A stretch of DNA of 64,000 nucleotides from Hyphomicrobiales bacterium (GCA_965198845.1 CBDAQD010000001.1:742742-806741); one strand, 5' to 3'; positions 18,923 through 28,320 are shown, numbered from the stretch's first letter. Notes: generated by a model not told the origin, from the letters alone. Translations and numbers: made by a program.

Positions 18923-19885
18923 CTATTGTCCTATGCCAAGGGTGGCGACGATGGGCAAATGATCGGATCCGATCCGCGGTCCCGGCGACGCGCCCAGATT
19001 CTCTATGCCTCCGGAAACGAAGACGTGGTCGATCGGGAGGACGGGGATCGCGAATGAGGCGGGCCACGAGGGGCGCGTACCCGACAGGATGCTCAAATTC
19101 GACTTCCGGCGAAAATGGGTCAGCGCATAGGACCAGGGCGTTGCGTTGAAGTCACCAGCGAGAATAACCGGACCGCTGCGCTTCCTGACCCAGGCGGCAA
19201 GTGTCTCGATCTGTTCAATATGCCGCTGAGCGGGCGGGCGGGCGAGATGGGTGCCGGCCACCGTAAAAGCGTCCTTGCCTTTGCCGAATGTCACCCAGGC
19301 CAGTGGAGCGCGGTCCGGACCGGATCCGAGCGAACCGGATGACGACCATTTGCGTTTCGAGAGGATGGCGATGTCGCATCGCGTCTTTCGCACGCAGTTG
19401 AGTTGCCAGGGATATCGTCCTTTCAACTCCTTCAGGATCGAAGTTGCCTGCCGGCCGTATTCCTGCAGCACGATCACGTCCGCATCCGTCTGTTTCAGAT
19501 ACCGTACTGCATCCTCTAGGCGCCGGTTCCGCCCCCAGAGATTGAAGGTGACAATGCTCAGTGTCTGGGCTGAAGGCGCTGCCGTAGCAACCGGAGCAGT
19601 ACCCGAGGGCACCATGCCGGCAAGTCCGGCTACGCCGACGAGCGCCGCGGCGATGGCAGTTCGCCTACTTCTGAGCAGCAGGAGAACAAGGGCGAGGACA
19701 AAGGCGCCAATCGCGAGGAAAGGCCGAAAGTGACTGATCAGATCAAACGGATAGTAGTAAGACCCGAGGTAGCTCAGGGTCGTCAGAGCCGCAATGCCGA
19801 CAAGAGCAAGCACAGTCATGGGGCGAAGAAGTTCCAGAACTGGCAGCGGTGATCGTGTAGGCGCTGTTGCGGCATCAGTGTCCAA
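18923..19885 (-). CDS. Endonuclease/exonuclease/phosphatase (EEP) family protein with N-terminal TM segments
   Basis: 320 aa. Hydrophobic N-terminus, then EEP blocks (IVTFNLW, DADVIVLQE, ILAGDFNATPWS, GSDHLPIVA). The 5' end overlaps the macro-domain gene stop by 11 nt; an alternative start is Met23. Confidence 0.8.
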   Translation of the reverse strand: MDTDAATAPTRSPLPVLELLRPMTVLALVGIAALTTLSYLGSYYYPFDLISHFRPFLAIGAFVLALVLLLLRSRRTAIAAALVGVAGLAGMVPSGTAPVATAAPSAQTLSIVTFNLWGRNRRLEDAVRYLKQTDADVIVLQEYGRQATSILKELKGRYPWQLNCVRKTRCDIAILSKRKWSSSGSLGSGPDRAPLAWVTFGKGKDAFTVAGTHLARPPAQRHIEQIETLAAWVRKRSGPVILAGDFNATPWSYALTHFRRKSNLSILSGTRPSWPASFAIPVLPIDHVFVSGGIENLGASPGPRIGSDHLPIVATLGIGQ

Positions 19886-20393
19886 TTTCGTCCAGCGCCC
19901 TTTGGTGGAGGAGCGCTCCCTCTTCGTCGAAACAGCAGAAGATCACCTGTCTCGGCGTTTCGTTTGCTTTCTGGAACCAGACTGTTTCCTGAACGGCAAT
20001 CGTGGCCGCACGCTCGCGGGGGAAGCCGTAAATGCCGGTTGAAATTGCAGGAAAGGCGATGCTGCCGAATGCCTGGCCGTTGGCGATCTCGAGACTCTTG
20101 CGGTAGCAGCTCGCAAGCATCTCGTCTTCTTCCTCGTCACCACCCTGCCAGACCGGACCGACCGTGTGAATGATATGTCTGGCTGGAAGGCGATAGCCGC
20201 CTGTCAACTTGGCGTCGCCCGTCTTGCAGCCACCGAGCATCCTGCACTCATGAACCAGGTCCGGCCCCGCGGCACGGTGGATGGCACCGTCGACACCGCC
20301 TCCGCCAAGCAGCGACGAGTTGGCGGCATTTACGATCGCATCGACGTCAATCGTGGTGATGTCCGCCGTAATGACCTGAATTCTCGATGTCAT
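19875..20393 (-). CDS. Macro domain protein (O-acetyl-ADP-ribose deacetylase / YmdB-like)
   Basis: 172 aa. Motif DAIVNAANSSLLGGGGVDGAIHRAAGP and later ISTGIYGFP. Confidence 0.88.
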   Translation of the reverse strand: MTSRIQVITADITTIDVDAIVNAANSSLLGGGGVDGAIHRAAGPDLVHECRMLGGCKTGDAKLTGGYRLPARHIIHTVGPVWQGGDEEEDEMLASCYRKSLEIANGQAFGSIAFPAISTGIYGFPRERAATIAVQETVWFQKANETPRQVIFCCFDEEGALLHQRALDEIGH

Positions 20394-20538
20394 GTGGCCT
20401 ACAGTCCATGTCTGTCGTCAGACGCCGGCACCCGAAACATGGGGATGGGGAAATTTCAGACAAGACGGTAAATATCCGATTGACGCCAACTTTGGCGCGT
20501 CGTTTCCTGTTTGCGGGCCATTTGCAGGGGAGACGTTC

Positions 20539-21513
20539 ATGACCGATTCGCACGAGTTCAATCAGCCTTTGTCGGGCATGGTGACCCCCCGGTTTGCGGG
20601 GCTTGCGACGTTCATGAGGCTTCCGCAGGTTGCGCTGGAGGATGCGCAGGGTGTCGACATCGGCCTCATCGGTGTGCCCTGGGACGGAGGCACGACCAAC
20701 CGTCCGGGTCCGCGGCACGGGCCCCGACAGGTGCGGGATATGTCGGCCATGGTGCGGAAATATCATCCCGCGCTCAAGATTGCGCCGTTCGAACTCGCCA
20801 ATTGTGCCGATCTCGGAGACACGTCGGTCAACCCGGCAGATCTTATGGATTCGCTCGAACGCGTGACTGCGTTCTTCCGGAAAGTGGTCGAAGCCGGAAT
20901 CATGCCGCTGACAGCCGGCGGTGACCACCTGGTCTCTTTGCCGATTCTGCGGGCTGTCGGATCCGAAGCGCCTGTCGGCATGGTTCATTTCGACGCTCAT
21001 ACCGACACCCATGACGGCTATTTCGGCAGCACGAAATACACGCACGGCACGCCGTTCCGCCGCGCAATAGAAGAGGGTGTTCTCGATCCCAAGAGGGTTA
21101 TCCAGATCGGAATACGCGGATCATTGTATGGTCTGGAGGACTTTGAGTGGGGCCTTGCCCAGGGAATCCGGATCATGGAGATCGAAGAATGCTTCGATCT
21201 TGGTCCGGACGCCATCATGGGAGAGGCGCGTCGGGTCGCAGGTGACGGGCCGACCTATGTCAGTTTCGATATCGACTGCCTCGACCCGGCTTATGCGCCC
21301 GGAACAGGCACGCCGGAAATCGGCGGGTTCACCACGTTCCAGGCACAGAAGATGGTTCGTGGTCTGCGCGGTCTGAATCTGGTCGGCGCGGACATGGTCG
21401 AGGTATCGCCGCCCTTTGACCCGAGCGGCAATACCGCGCTTGCAGGGGCCACCGTGATGTTCGAGCTGCTGTGTGTCATGGCGGAAAAGGTCGCCGAACG
21501 GCGGCAGACATAA
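20539..21513 (+). CDS. Agmatinase/ureohydrolase family protein (agmatinase or guanidino-acid hydrolase)
   Basis: Arginase-fold Mn motifs HFDAHTD, GGDHLVSLP and SFDIDCLDP. Start chosen at ATG 20539 (MTDSHEF...). Confidence 0.88.
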   Translation: MTDSHEFNQPLSGMVTPRFAGLATFMRLPQVALEDAQGVDIGLIGVPWDGGTTNRPGPRHGPRQVRDMSAMVRKYHPALKIAPFELANCADLGDTSVNPADLMDSLERVTAFFRKVVEAGIMPLTAGGDHLVSLPILRAVGSEAPVGMVHFDAHTDTHDGYFGSTKYTHGTPFRRAIEEGVLDPKRVIQIGIRGSLYGLEDFEWGLAQGIRIMEIEECFDLGPDAIMGEARRVAGDGPTYVSFDIDCLDPAYAPGTGTPEIGGFTTFQAQKMVRGLRGLNLVGADMVEVSPPFDPSGNTALAGATVMFELLCVMAEKVAERRQT

Positions 21514-21517
21514 CGAG

Positions 21518-21553
21518 GCCGCAGCATGCGAGACACGCTGCGGCGTTCGTGTT
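21518..21553 (+). terminator. Possible terminator hairpin after the agmatinase-family gene
   Basis: 8-bp stem GCCGCAGC/GCTGCGGC (21518-21525 / 21537-21544) followed by GTTCGTGTTT, a weak T tract. Confidence 0.35.
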
Positions 21554-21592
21554 TCCCCGGAATCGGTCTTCCCGGTATTTGAGGCTTTTCGA

Positions 21593-22234
21593 TCAGGCGA
21601 AGTTTATGAGCGCGGCTCCGGGGAAGGTTCCATTGAATCCGTCCCTGTTCTCTGGACGCTTGGGAACAGGCCGGTCGCCGGGTTTCGTCGTGGGTTTTGA
21701 CGTCGGCGCCTTGTCTTTCTTTTCCTTCTTCTTCTGCTCCTCGGCGCGCTTCTTCAGGATCTCCTGGTACCACTTGGGGAAGACGTCGAACGTGATAACC
21801 ACCCCGATTCTGCTCAGCTCTCTGACCAGCTTCTTGTTCTCCTTCAGCTTCTTGTCGATGCCTTTCGGGTCTGCGAATGGCTGCTTCTTCAGCTTCTCGA
21901 GCTGATCGCTGTCTTCATTGAGCTCGCGGATCTTCTTGCGGATATATTTCTCCTGTGCGTCCTTGGTCAGCTTTTCGGGCAGCTTTTTGCGGAGCTTCTC
22001 GGCAAGCTTAGGGCTGGTCTTGGCGATCCGCTTGATCGCTTCCTGCTCGAAATCGCTCAGCTCTCTGGTCTTCTTGGCGTCCTTCTTGCCCTTGCCGCCG
22101 TCCTTGGCGTCCTTTCCCTTTTTGTCGTCTTTCGGCTCGGTCTTCGGCGTCTCCTGATCCTGCAGGAAAACCGGGGCGAATCCGGCAAAGTGTGCGGTCG
22201 CAAAGGGGAACGCAAATTCTGAAATCGTCGTCAT
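21593..22234 (-). CDS. Hypothetical Lys/Glu-rich protein (ORFan-like)
   Basis: Aromatic/hydrophobic N-terminus (ISEFAFPFATAHFAGFAPVFL), then long K/E/D-rich low-complexity and coiled-coil-like sequence. Start taken at the second ATG (22234) because the first ATG is itself part of GGAGG. Confidence 0.55.
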   Translation of the reverse strand: MTTISEFAFPFATAHFAGFAPVFLQDQETPKTEPKDDKKGKDAKDGGKGKKDAKKTRELSDFEQEAIKRIAKTSPKLAEKLRKKLPEKLTKDAQEKYIRKKIRELNEDSDQLEKLKKQPFADPKGIDKKLKENKKLVRELSRIGVVITFDVFPKWYQEILKKRAEEQKKKEKKDKAPTSKPTTKPGDRPVPKRPENRDGFNGTFPGAALINFA

Positions 22235-22453
22235 CTGAGTAACCTCCATAGACTTTTGCTTAAACGCGTCTCGTCATCGGCAAGGGCCGCTGATCTGCGC
22301 GTCGTTATGGAGGGAACGAGACGGGCTCAGGAAAAGTTGTACCTTTTCTTCCTCAGCGATCGCCGGTTGCGAAGCATCTTCGATCTGTCTACCAAAGGAT
22401 TGCGATGTTTGACTGCTGCGGAGGGTGTTCGAAACAGGGAGCTGGGTTCGAAG

Positions 22454-23239
22454 ATGTTCTGGGGTGCGCGGTCGCCGATCGACAGGGATGATGAGGAATG
22501 GCAGCTGGAGTGCTGGCGATGGCTGGCGAACAGCTTCGCCGGCTGGGGGCCTCTCTCCGAGCGCCGTCTCGTCCTGCCGAACTCCGAGTTCTTTCCGGCA
22601 ACCGACCATGAAGGTCATGCGCGCGCGCAACGTATCTTCAAGTCAGTCGCCGACTGTTTTGGCGTGCCGCCGGAACAGTTCGTCCTCAGCCCGCAGGATG
22701 AAGCGATCGATCCACGTGTCGGCAACCTCATGGTTGTTCAGAACGCACCGCTGTCACCGGCCGGTACGTTCCAGGTCGGCGACGATGGCCATTTGCACGT
22801 TACATACGATCCGGCTGCCGTCGACCGGCCTGGTGAACTGATAGCGACGCTTGCCCACGAGATCTGCCATCCGTTGTTGCTTTCCATTCCCGAGCCGCCG
22901 CCGGGCGGGGAGGCCTGTGAGGAATTCGCAACTGACCTTGCCGTCACCTTTTTCGGGTTTGGCATTTTTGGAGAGAACAGCGCATTCCAGTTCGAACAGT
23001 TTTCCGACATCGGCAGCGGGACTCAGGGATGGGCGGCGCGCCGGCAGGGATATCTGACCGAAGCAGAATGGGCATTCTCGCTTGCCGTATTCCTACTGGT
23101 CACGGGCGAACCCGAAAAGGTCGCTCTGGATTATCTCAAACCGGGTCCAGCGGCCTATCTGAATAAGAGCCTCAAATACCTTCGGGCAAATGAAGGGATC
23201 CTGGATGGAATTCTCGATACTTCAGCGTCACAGGCATGA
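22454..23239 (+). CDS. Hypothetical protein with an HExxH zinc-metallopeptidase-like motif
   Basis: ATLAHEICHPLLL followed by EEFATDLAVTFFGFG. No family recognised. Start uncertain, since the tracked ORF runs from TTG 22256. Confidence 0.5.
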   Translation: MFWGARSPIDRDDEEWQLECWRWLANSFAGWGPLSERRLVLPNSEFFPATDHEGHARAQRIFKSVADCFGVPPEQFVLSPQDEAIDPRVGNLMVVQNAPLSPAGTFQVGDDGHLHVTYDPAAVDRPGELIATLAHEICHPLLLSIPEPPPGGEACEEFATDLAVTFFGFGIFGENSAFQFEQFSDIGSGTQGWAARRQGYLTEAEWAFSLAVFLLVTGEPEKVALDYLKPGPAAYLNKSLKYLRANEGILDGILDTSASQA

Positions 23240-23245
23240 TTGGGC

Positions 23246-23515
23246 TCAATCCGCGTTGCAATCCAGGTTGAACTCCAGGCGTTCCTCAAGCAGTGAAAAT
23301 CGGACGGGGCTGTTGTCGTGAATTGTACCCTCGATGGCGAGCCTCTGCCCGGACAGTCGCTGCACTTTCAGCTCCAACTGATAGTCAGTCCCGGTCGCAG
23401 CGGTGGTTCTCGATTTCAATTTTGCGTCGGAGGCGGGTAACTCACCGGAACGAACTTGATCGGCAGCTTTTTGCATCGCTTCCGTCAATAGTTTGTAAGC
23501 CTCGATCCGATCCAT
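23246..23515 (-). CDS. Hypothetical protein (89 aa)
   Basis: Isolated ORF convergent with the HExxH gene. No recognisable motif. Confidence 0.4.
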   Translation of the reverse strand: MDRIEAYKLLTEAMQKAADQVRSGELPASDAKLKSRTTAATGTDYQLELKVQRLSGQRLAIEGTIHDNSPVRFSLLEERLEFNLDCNAD

Positions 23516-23557
23516 AGTCCTGAGCGGTCCTTTTTTCAGAAACTGGAAGCGCGCATT

Positions 23558-24043
23558 TCACACTGCGATCAGGACCTCCGCCTCGATCTCGACGGCAATG
23601 CCGAACGGCAGGCCGGCGAGGCCCACGGCGGATCGCGCATGGCGGCCGACCTCGGGTCCGAAGACGTCGAGGATCACGTCCGAGAAGCCGTTGATGACGA
23701 TCGGATGGCGATCGAAACCGGGCGCGGAATTGACCATGCCGAAGACGCGACACCATGCCGTTATGCGATCCAGGTCACCCAGTTCGCGCTGTAGGCTTGC
23801 CAGTATGGAAAGAGCGGTCTTGCCGGCAAGCTGCTGAGCGTCCTCGAGCGAAACGTCGCCTCCGACTTGACCGAAAGGTCCGGCAACCGACCCGTCCGCT
23901 TCCTGGGGTGCATGGCCGGAAACGAACACACGGTCGCCCCTGACGCTGACCCAGGGGAACGGCAGGCTGACGCCTTCGGGAAGCTTCAGCGGTTTGGGCA
24001 GTTGAAGTCCTAGTTCGTTCAGGCGGGCGGCAATCTTGGACAT
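23558..24043 (-). CDS. RidA/YjgF family protein (longer subfamily)
   Basis: 161 aa with the YjgF-fold pattern (VFVSGH...ARSAVGLAGLPFGIAVEIEAEV). SD GAGGAAG upstream. Confidence 0.8.
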   Translation of the reverse strand: MSKIAARLNELGLQLPKPLKLPEGVSLPFPWVSVRGDRVFVSGHAPQEADGSVAGPFGQVGGDVSLEDAQQLAGKTALSILASLQRELGDLDRITAWCRVFGMVNSAPGFDRHPIVINGFSDVILDVFGPEVGRHARSAVGLAGLPFGIAVEIEAEVLIAV

Positions 24044-24140
24044 CGCAAGCTTCCTCAGTAGACGGGAAAGTCAGCGGTGTAATGCTACCACTTCGCCGAG
24101 ACGGCGCGAAACATGCGCGGCAATGCCGGTTGCGTGCTAC

Positions 24141-24743
24141 TTACCGAGGTTTCGGTTTGTCACATCGCGAGCCGCATTGCTGACCGTGGGCGGCATAATC
24201 GATGACACCGCCGCGGCGGTCGATCTCGATGGCGCAGCAGCGCAAGAGGGCCTGTTTGAGCTTGGCGCGTCCCCGCTGAATGCGGGATTTCATTCCGGAG
24301 TGCGAGAGGCCCAGACGTTTCGCTGCCGCGGCCTGCGTGAGGCCCTGTATCTCCGTCAGCATCAGTGCATCCCGATAGCGTTCCGGAAGTGCCTCGATGA
24401 ACGGCAGCAGGCAACGCGAGATTTCTGCGCTGGCGGAATTCGATTCATCTGGCGACGCATTGCCGCCGGTGTCGAATTCCCATCTGGCCTGCGCCAGGGT
24501 CTCGAATTCGGTTGCGCGCCGCCGGTGGTGATCCGCTATGGCATTCGCGGCTACGCGGAAGGTCCAGGCCATCGGATTGTCGGCGGTTTCCAGGCTTTCC
24601 CGATGCTGCACAAGTCGCAGCATGACGTCGCCGACTATGTCGTCAGCCCACATGGGGTCGACACGGCGGCGCACGTAGGCGCGCAGCCGCGTCTCGAATT
24701 GTGACCAATGCGTTCCCGGCGTCGTGCCGGTCTCTTGTGTCAT
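24141..24743 (-). CDS. ECF-type sigma-70 family factor with a C-terminal Cys-rich extension (SigZ/CorE-like)
   Basis: Region 2 (WADDIVGDVMLRLV) and region 4 HTH (LTQAAAAKRLGLSHSGMKSRIQRGRAKL), then the tail LLRCCAIEIDRRGGVIDYAAHGQQCGSRC. An alternative start at 24773 would overlap the upstream gene. Confidence 0.8.
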   Translation of the reverse strand: MTQETGTTPGTHWSQFETRLRAYVRRRVDPMWADDIVGDVMLRLVQHRESLETADNPMAWTFRVAANAIADHHRRRATEFETLAQARWEFDTGGNASPDESNSASAEISRCLLPFIEALPERYRDALMLTEIQGLTQAAAAKRLGLSHSGMKSRIQRGRAKLKQALLRCCAIEIDRRGGVIDYAAHGQQCGSRCDKPKPR

Positions 24744-24756
24744 GGCATAAGCGCCT

Positions 24757-25194
24757 TTACCCGGCGCCGACATTCTCCGTCATCCCGGCGCCGGTGCAGC
24801 ATGTCTTGCCGAGTGAGTCCTTGTTTGCTTCGGGCTCATCATCGATGATCCGGTACCACTCCCAGCGTAAACCGTCGGGTTCCCGCGACCAAATCTTCTC
24901 CTGTGTGGCGTGGCAGCAGGTCGTCTCGTGCTGGACGTCATCAACGATGCCTTCCTGCGACAGCCGCTGGAGAGTGCTTTCAACGACATCCTGTCCGAAA
25001 ACCTCGACGCCGAGATGGTTGAGCCGTTCCTTCGCAGCGGCATTCTCGAACAGCACAAGTTTCAGAGGCGGCTGGTCGATGGCGAAGTTGGCATATCCGT
25101 CGCGACGTTTGTGGGGTTCCGTGCCGAACAGCTTGCTGTAATAGGCGACAGCCGCGTCAATGTTTCGGACATTGAGTGCGAGTTGAAGACGCAT
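24757..25194 (-). CDS. ArsI/CadI-like VOC (glyoxalase/dioxygenase) family metalloprotein
   Basis: 145 aa. VOC-fold N-terminus (MRLQLALNVRNIDAAVAYYSKLFG), vicinal-Cys motif ETTCCHATQEKIW and a second CC near the C-terminus (KTCCTGAG). AAGGAG SD upstream. Confidence 0.7.
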   Translation of the reverse strand: MRLQLALNVRNIDAAVAYYSKLFGTEPHKRRDGYANFAIDQPPLKLVLFENAAAKERLNHLGVEVFGQDVVESTLQRLSQEGIVDDVQHETTCCHATQEKIWSREPDGLRWEWYRIIDDEPEANKDSLGKTCCTGAGMTENVGAG

Positions 25195-25254
25195 GGGAAA
25201 TGCTCCTTTCCGGTTGGTTCTGTCCTGTAAGACGCGGACGGGCCGAAAAGGACG

Positions 25255-25295
25255 CAAAAAAGTTGCGGGCGGGCACTCCTGCGCCCGCCCGCAAC
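25255..25295 (-). terminator. Rho-independent terminator after napC
   Basis: 13-bp perfect stem GTTGCGGGCGGGC / GCCCGCCCGCAAC (25262-25274 / 25283-25295) with an 8-nt loop. On the minus strand it is followed by a T6 run (A6 at 25255-25260). Confidence 0.8.
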
Positions 25296-25303
25296 CGTTC
25301 TGC

Positions 25304-26020
25304 TTACTCAGATTTTGTGCCTGCGATCGCCGCGGGGGCCAGGGACTTCAGATAATCCATGAGCCCGACGCGCTGATGCTTCTCCACATGCGCGACGACC
25401 TGCTTGTAGGCTTCGTCGGCATTGGGCGGCAGGGCGTGAGCGATGCCGCGGTGACAGTCAATGCAGGTCTTGCCGGATGTGAGGCCGTCCTTGTGGAAGT
25501 CGGCCGCGCGTGGTTCCTGGGAGGCGTAGTCCATGAATTCGAACTGGTGGCAGTTCCGGCATTCCCGGCTGTCGGTCCGTTTCATGCGCGCCCATTCCCT
25601 CATGGCCATCTTTAAGCGCTTTGCTTCGAATTTCTCCTTGGTCTCGACGCTCCCCAGCAGGTGGTGGTAAAGCTCGTTCGAGGCGCGAATTTTACGCACG
25701 ATCTTGTGCTGCCATTCCTTCGGCACATGGCAATCAGGACAGGTCGCGCGCACGCCGGACCGGTTCGAGAAGTGAACGGTTGTCTTCAGCTCCTGGTAGA
25801 CGTTGTCACGCATTTCGTGACAGGTGATGCAGAATCGCTCGGTATTGGTCAGCTCCAGCGCCCAGTGAAACCCGCCCCAGAACAGGACGCCGGCTACGAC
25901 GCCGGAACTCAGGAGAGTGCCTAAAGCAACCGTTCCGGATGGTGTGCGAAACCAGTGCCACAGCCTGCCGAAGAAACCCCGCCGCGTTTCACCGGTTTCA
26001 TCGTTGGTGCTTCTGTTCAT
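25304..26020 (-). CDS. napC: Tetraheme cytochrome c quinol dehydrogenase NapC
   Basis: 238 aa from ATG 26020 (SD GGGGAGGA). One TM segment and four CxxCH motifs: CITCH, CPDCH, CRNCH, CIDCH. Confidence 0.92.
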   Translation of the reverse strand: MNRSTNDETGETRRGFFGRLWHWFRTPSGTVALGTLLSSGVVAGVLFWGGFHWALELTNTERFCITCHEMRDNVYQELKTTVHFSNRSGVRATCPDCHVPKEWQHKIVRKIRASNELYHHLLGSVETKEKFEAKRLKMAMREWARMKRTDSRECRNCHQFEFMDYASQEPRAADFHKDGLTSGKTCIDCHRGIAHALPPNADEAYKQVVAHVEKHQRVGLMDYLKSLAPAAIAGTKSE

Positions 26021-26084
26021 GCTGTCCTCCCCGTGAGGTCCGTCGTCCTGGTGATGTTCGCCGCGCGGCAAAGTGCCGTTTCGC

Positions 26085-26555
26085 TCACTTGACCTGCGCT
26101 GCGTTCTCGAACGTGTTCTCGACAAGCGGTTCCGCGTCCTGCTGCGGGACGTGGCACTGCAGGCAGAAGTATCGGGTGCCTGCAATCTGATCGAGACGGG
26201 CGCCCTGCCGGTCCACATAATGCGTCTCAGACACCTTGGGTGCCTTGGCCTCAACGTGACCCGGCCAGTCGTGGCAGCCCATGCACGCGTTGTTCGACGT
26301 GGTGATCTGGTAGTTGCTGACCTTGTGGGGAATCAGCGGAGGCTGTTGCCTGTAGGTCCGGCCGAAGCCGCGTGCCGGCGTCGACTGTTTTGTGTTTTGC
26401 GGTGCTGCGTTCAATTGCGGCAGCTTTTCCTGGCCGCCGGCGAGACCCTTAACGGAGACAGCGGCGTCCTGGGCATATCCGCCACCCATGACGATCAATC
26501 CGCCGAGCAGGGGGATGACCAGAATACTGAGCCATTTACCGAGCAAGTCCTTCAT
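26085..26555 (-). CDS. napB: Periplasmic nitrate reductase diheme cytochrome c subunit NapB
   Basis: 156 aa with a signal peptide and two CxxCH motifs (CMGCH, CLQCH). Confidence 0.92.
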   Translation of the reverse strand: MKDLLGKWLSILVIPLLGGLIVMGGGYAQDAAVSVKGLAGGQEKLPQLNAAPQNTKQSTPARGFGRTYRQQPPLIPHKVSNYQITTSNNACMGCHDWPGHVEAKAPKVSETHYVDRQGARLDQIAGTRYFCLQCHVPQQDAEPLVENTFENAAQVK

Positions 26556-26573
26556 GCTTTTCCTCCCTGACTT

Positions 26574-27518
26574 TCAGCTTGCCGATGCAGAGGCAGGGGG
26601 CCTCGGTTCATCGGCGGTTCCAATCTGTGTCTGTGTTTCCGGAGCGGGATGCGGTTGATCCAGGCGTTGATCGGGCCTGAATGCGAAGCGGAAGACATCC
26701 TCCGGACAGACGTCCGCGCAACGGCCGCAGGCCGTGCAATCCGCGTGCAGGATTATGGGGCCGTTCCCCGACCGCTCACCCTTGAGAGCCGGACTGATGA
26801 CGTGCTGCTCCGGGCACACCGCATAACAATCCATGCAGTCGTCACATCGTGCCCGCCCGGCCGCCGAGAAGCGGACCAGTGCCAGTCTGTTCAGCTGACC
26901 GTAGAATGCACCGACAGGGCAGAGGTGTCCGCACCAGCCGTGGGGCGCAACGAAAGCGTCGAACAGGAAGATGGCGACGATCGTAAGCCCGCCCCAGGAC
27001 AGGCCGAAGAGCAGTTGCCGATGCACCGTCGTGATCGGGTTCACGAGTTCCCAGGCGATCGTGCCGGTGAGGGCCGATATGCCGAGAATTGCTGCAAGGA
27101 ACCACAGTCTGGCGGACCGGTTCACGGTCCAGCCCTTGCCGAGACCAAGCCGACGCCTTGCCCAGGCCGCGAGGTCCGTGACGGGATTAATCGGGCAGAC
27201 CCAGGAGCAGTAAAGCCGACCGCCGATCAGCGCGTAGACTGCAAGAACGATGGCCGCACCGGTGATCGCTGTCGCGGCCGGGATGTGGCCGGCCAAAAGG
27301 CTTTGCAGGAAGACCAGCGGATCTGTCAGCGGCAGGATGTCGAAGGTCATCGAAGACGCCAGTGTGCCCTTTGTGATCCAGATACCGAGCAACGGGCCGG
27401 TCGCGAATATGACGAAGAAGGAAAGCTGTGTTGCGCGGCGGGCAATCAGCCACCGGTTGGCATACAGCCAGCCATGGCGACCGCGTGCCTCAATGCCGGG
27501 GATGCGGGTGGTACTCAT
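26574..27518 (-). CDS. napH: Membrane ferredoxin-type quinol dehydrogenase subunit NapH
   Basis: TM segments plus CxxCP and C-terminal 4Fe-4S motifs ([24 protein letters not shown]). The start overlaps the napG stop (ATGA). Confidence 0.88.
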   Translation of the reverse strand: MSTTRIPGIEARGRHGWLYANRWLIARRATQLSFFVIFATGPLLGIWITKGTLASSMTFDILPLTDPLVFLQSLLAGHIPAATAITGAAIVLAVYALIGGRLYCSWVCPINPVTDLAAWARRRLGLGKGWTVNRSARLWFLAAILGISALTGTIAWELVNPITTVHRQLLFGLSWGGLTIVAIFLFDAFVAPHGWCGHLCPVGAFYGQLNRLALVRFSAAGRARCDDCMDCYAVCPEQHVISPALKGERSGNGPIILHADCTACGRCADVCPEDVFRFAFRPDQRLDQPHPAPETQTQIGTADEPRPPASASAS

Positions 27519-28291
27519 TTCACCGCCTCCGGCATCCGGTCCGGCAGATCGATCACATCGGGGACGAGTGCGCCGCCGGACTTGTCTTTTTCCTTCCAGC
27601 CGAACCTGTAGTGACCGTCTGCACCGGTCTTCGCTACCGAGATCGGCAGCACCTTGATTGCAGCCTCTTCGAGCACGCAGGCTTTCTCGCACTTGCCGCA
27701 GCCCGTGCAGGCGTCGGCATGAACCACGGGCTCGAAAACCGCGTGACGTTGGGTGCGGGTATTATGGCTGCGCTCGAGTGTGATGGCCTTGTCGAGCAAC
27801 GGGCAGACCCGGTAACACACGTCGCACCGGAGACCCTTGAGATTGAGGCAGGTCTCGCGGCTGGTCAGAACCGCGACGCCCATTTCGGAATCCTCAATGT
27901 TCGTGAGTTCGGGGTCGAGGGCGCCGGTAGGGCAGGCCGTGACGCACGGGATGTCCTCGCACATCTCGCAGGGGATGTTGCGTGCCACGAAGTAGGGTGT
28001 TCCGACAGCCGGCCCGTCACCCATTTCAGCGAGCTTCAGGATGTCATAGGGGCAGGCCCGCACGCACAGTCCGCAGCGCACGCAGGCGGACGCAAAATCC
28101 TTTTCCCCCAGAGCTCCGGGCGGACGCAACGCCTGAGTCGGCAAAGCCCGGGACTGGGACACAAATGCGGCCAGGGCTCCTCCGGCAAGTGCCGCTCCGC
28201 ACCCCACTGCCGCGACTTCCTTGAGAGCGCGACGCCGGGCAGGATCAAAGCCCTTTTCGCTCGTCTTCTTGCTGTGCCCGGCGTCATTCAT
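27515..28291 (-). CDS. napG: Periplasmic ferredoxin-type protein NapG
   Basis: 258 aa with a Tat-like RRRALKE signal and four 4Fe-4S Cys clusters (e.g. [23 protein letters not shown]). Confidence 0.9.
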   Translation of the reverse strand: MNDAGHSKKTSEKGFDPARRRALKEVAAVGCGAALAGGALAAFVSQSRALPTQALRPPGALGEKDFASACVRCGLCVRACPYDILKLAEMGDGPAVGTPYFVARNIPCEMCEDIPCVTACPTGALDPELTNIEDSEMGVAVLTSRETCLNLKGLRCDVCYRVCPLLDKAITLERSHNTRTQRHAVFEPVVHADACTGCGKCEKACVLEEAAIKVLPISVAKTGADGHYRFGWKEKDKSGGALVPDVIDLPDRMPEAVK

Positions 28292-28320
28292 TGTCTTGTT
28301 CCGTCAGGAATCCGCCGCCG

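Noticed and set aside
19768-19789. tRNA-like string GGTAGCTCAGGGTCGTCAGAGC (resembles a D-arm)
   Set aside because: It lies inside the EEP-family coding sequence. No acceptor, anticodon or T-arm pairing can be drawn around it.
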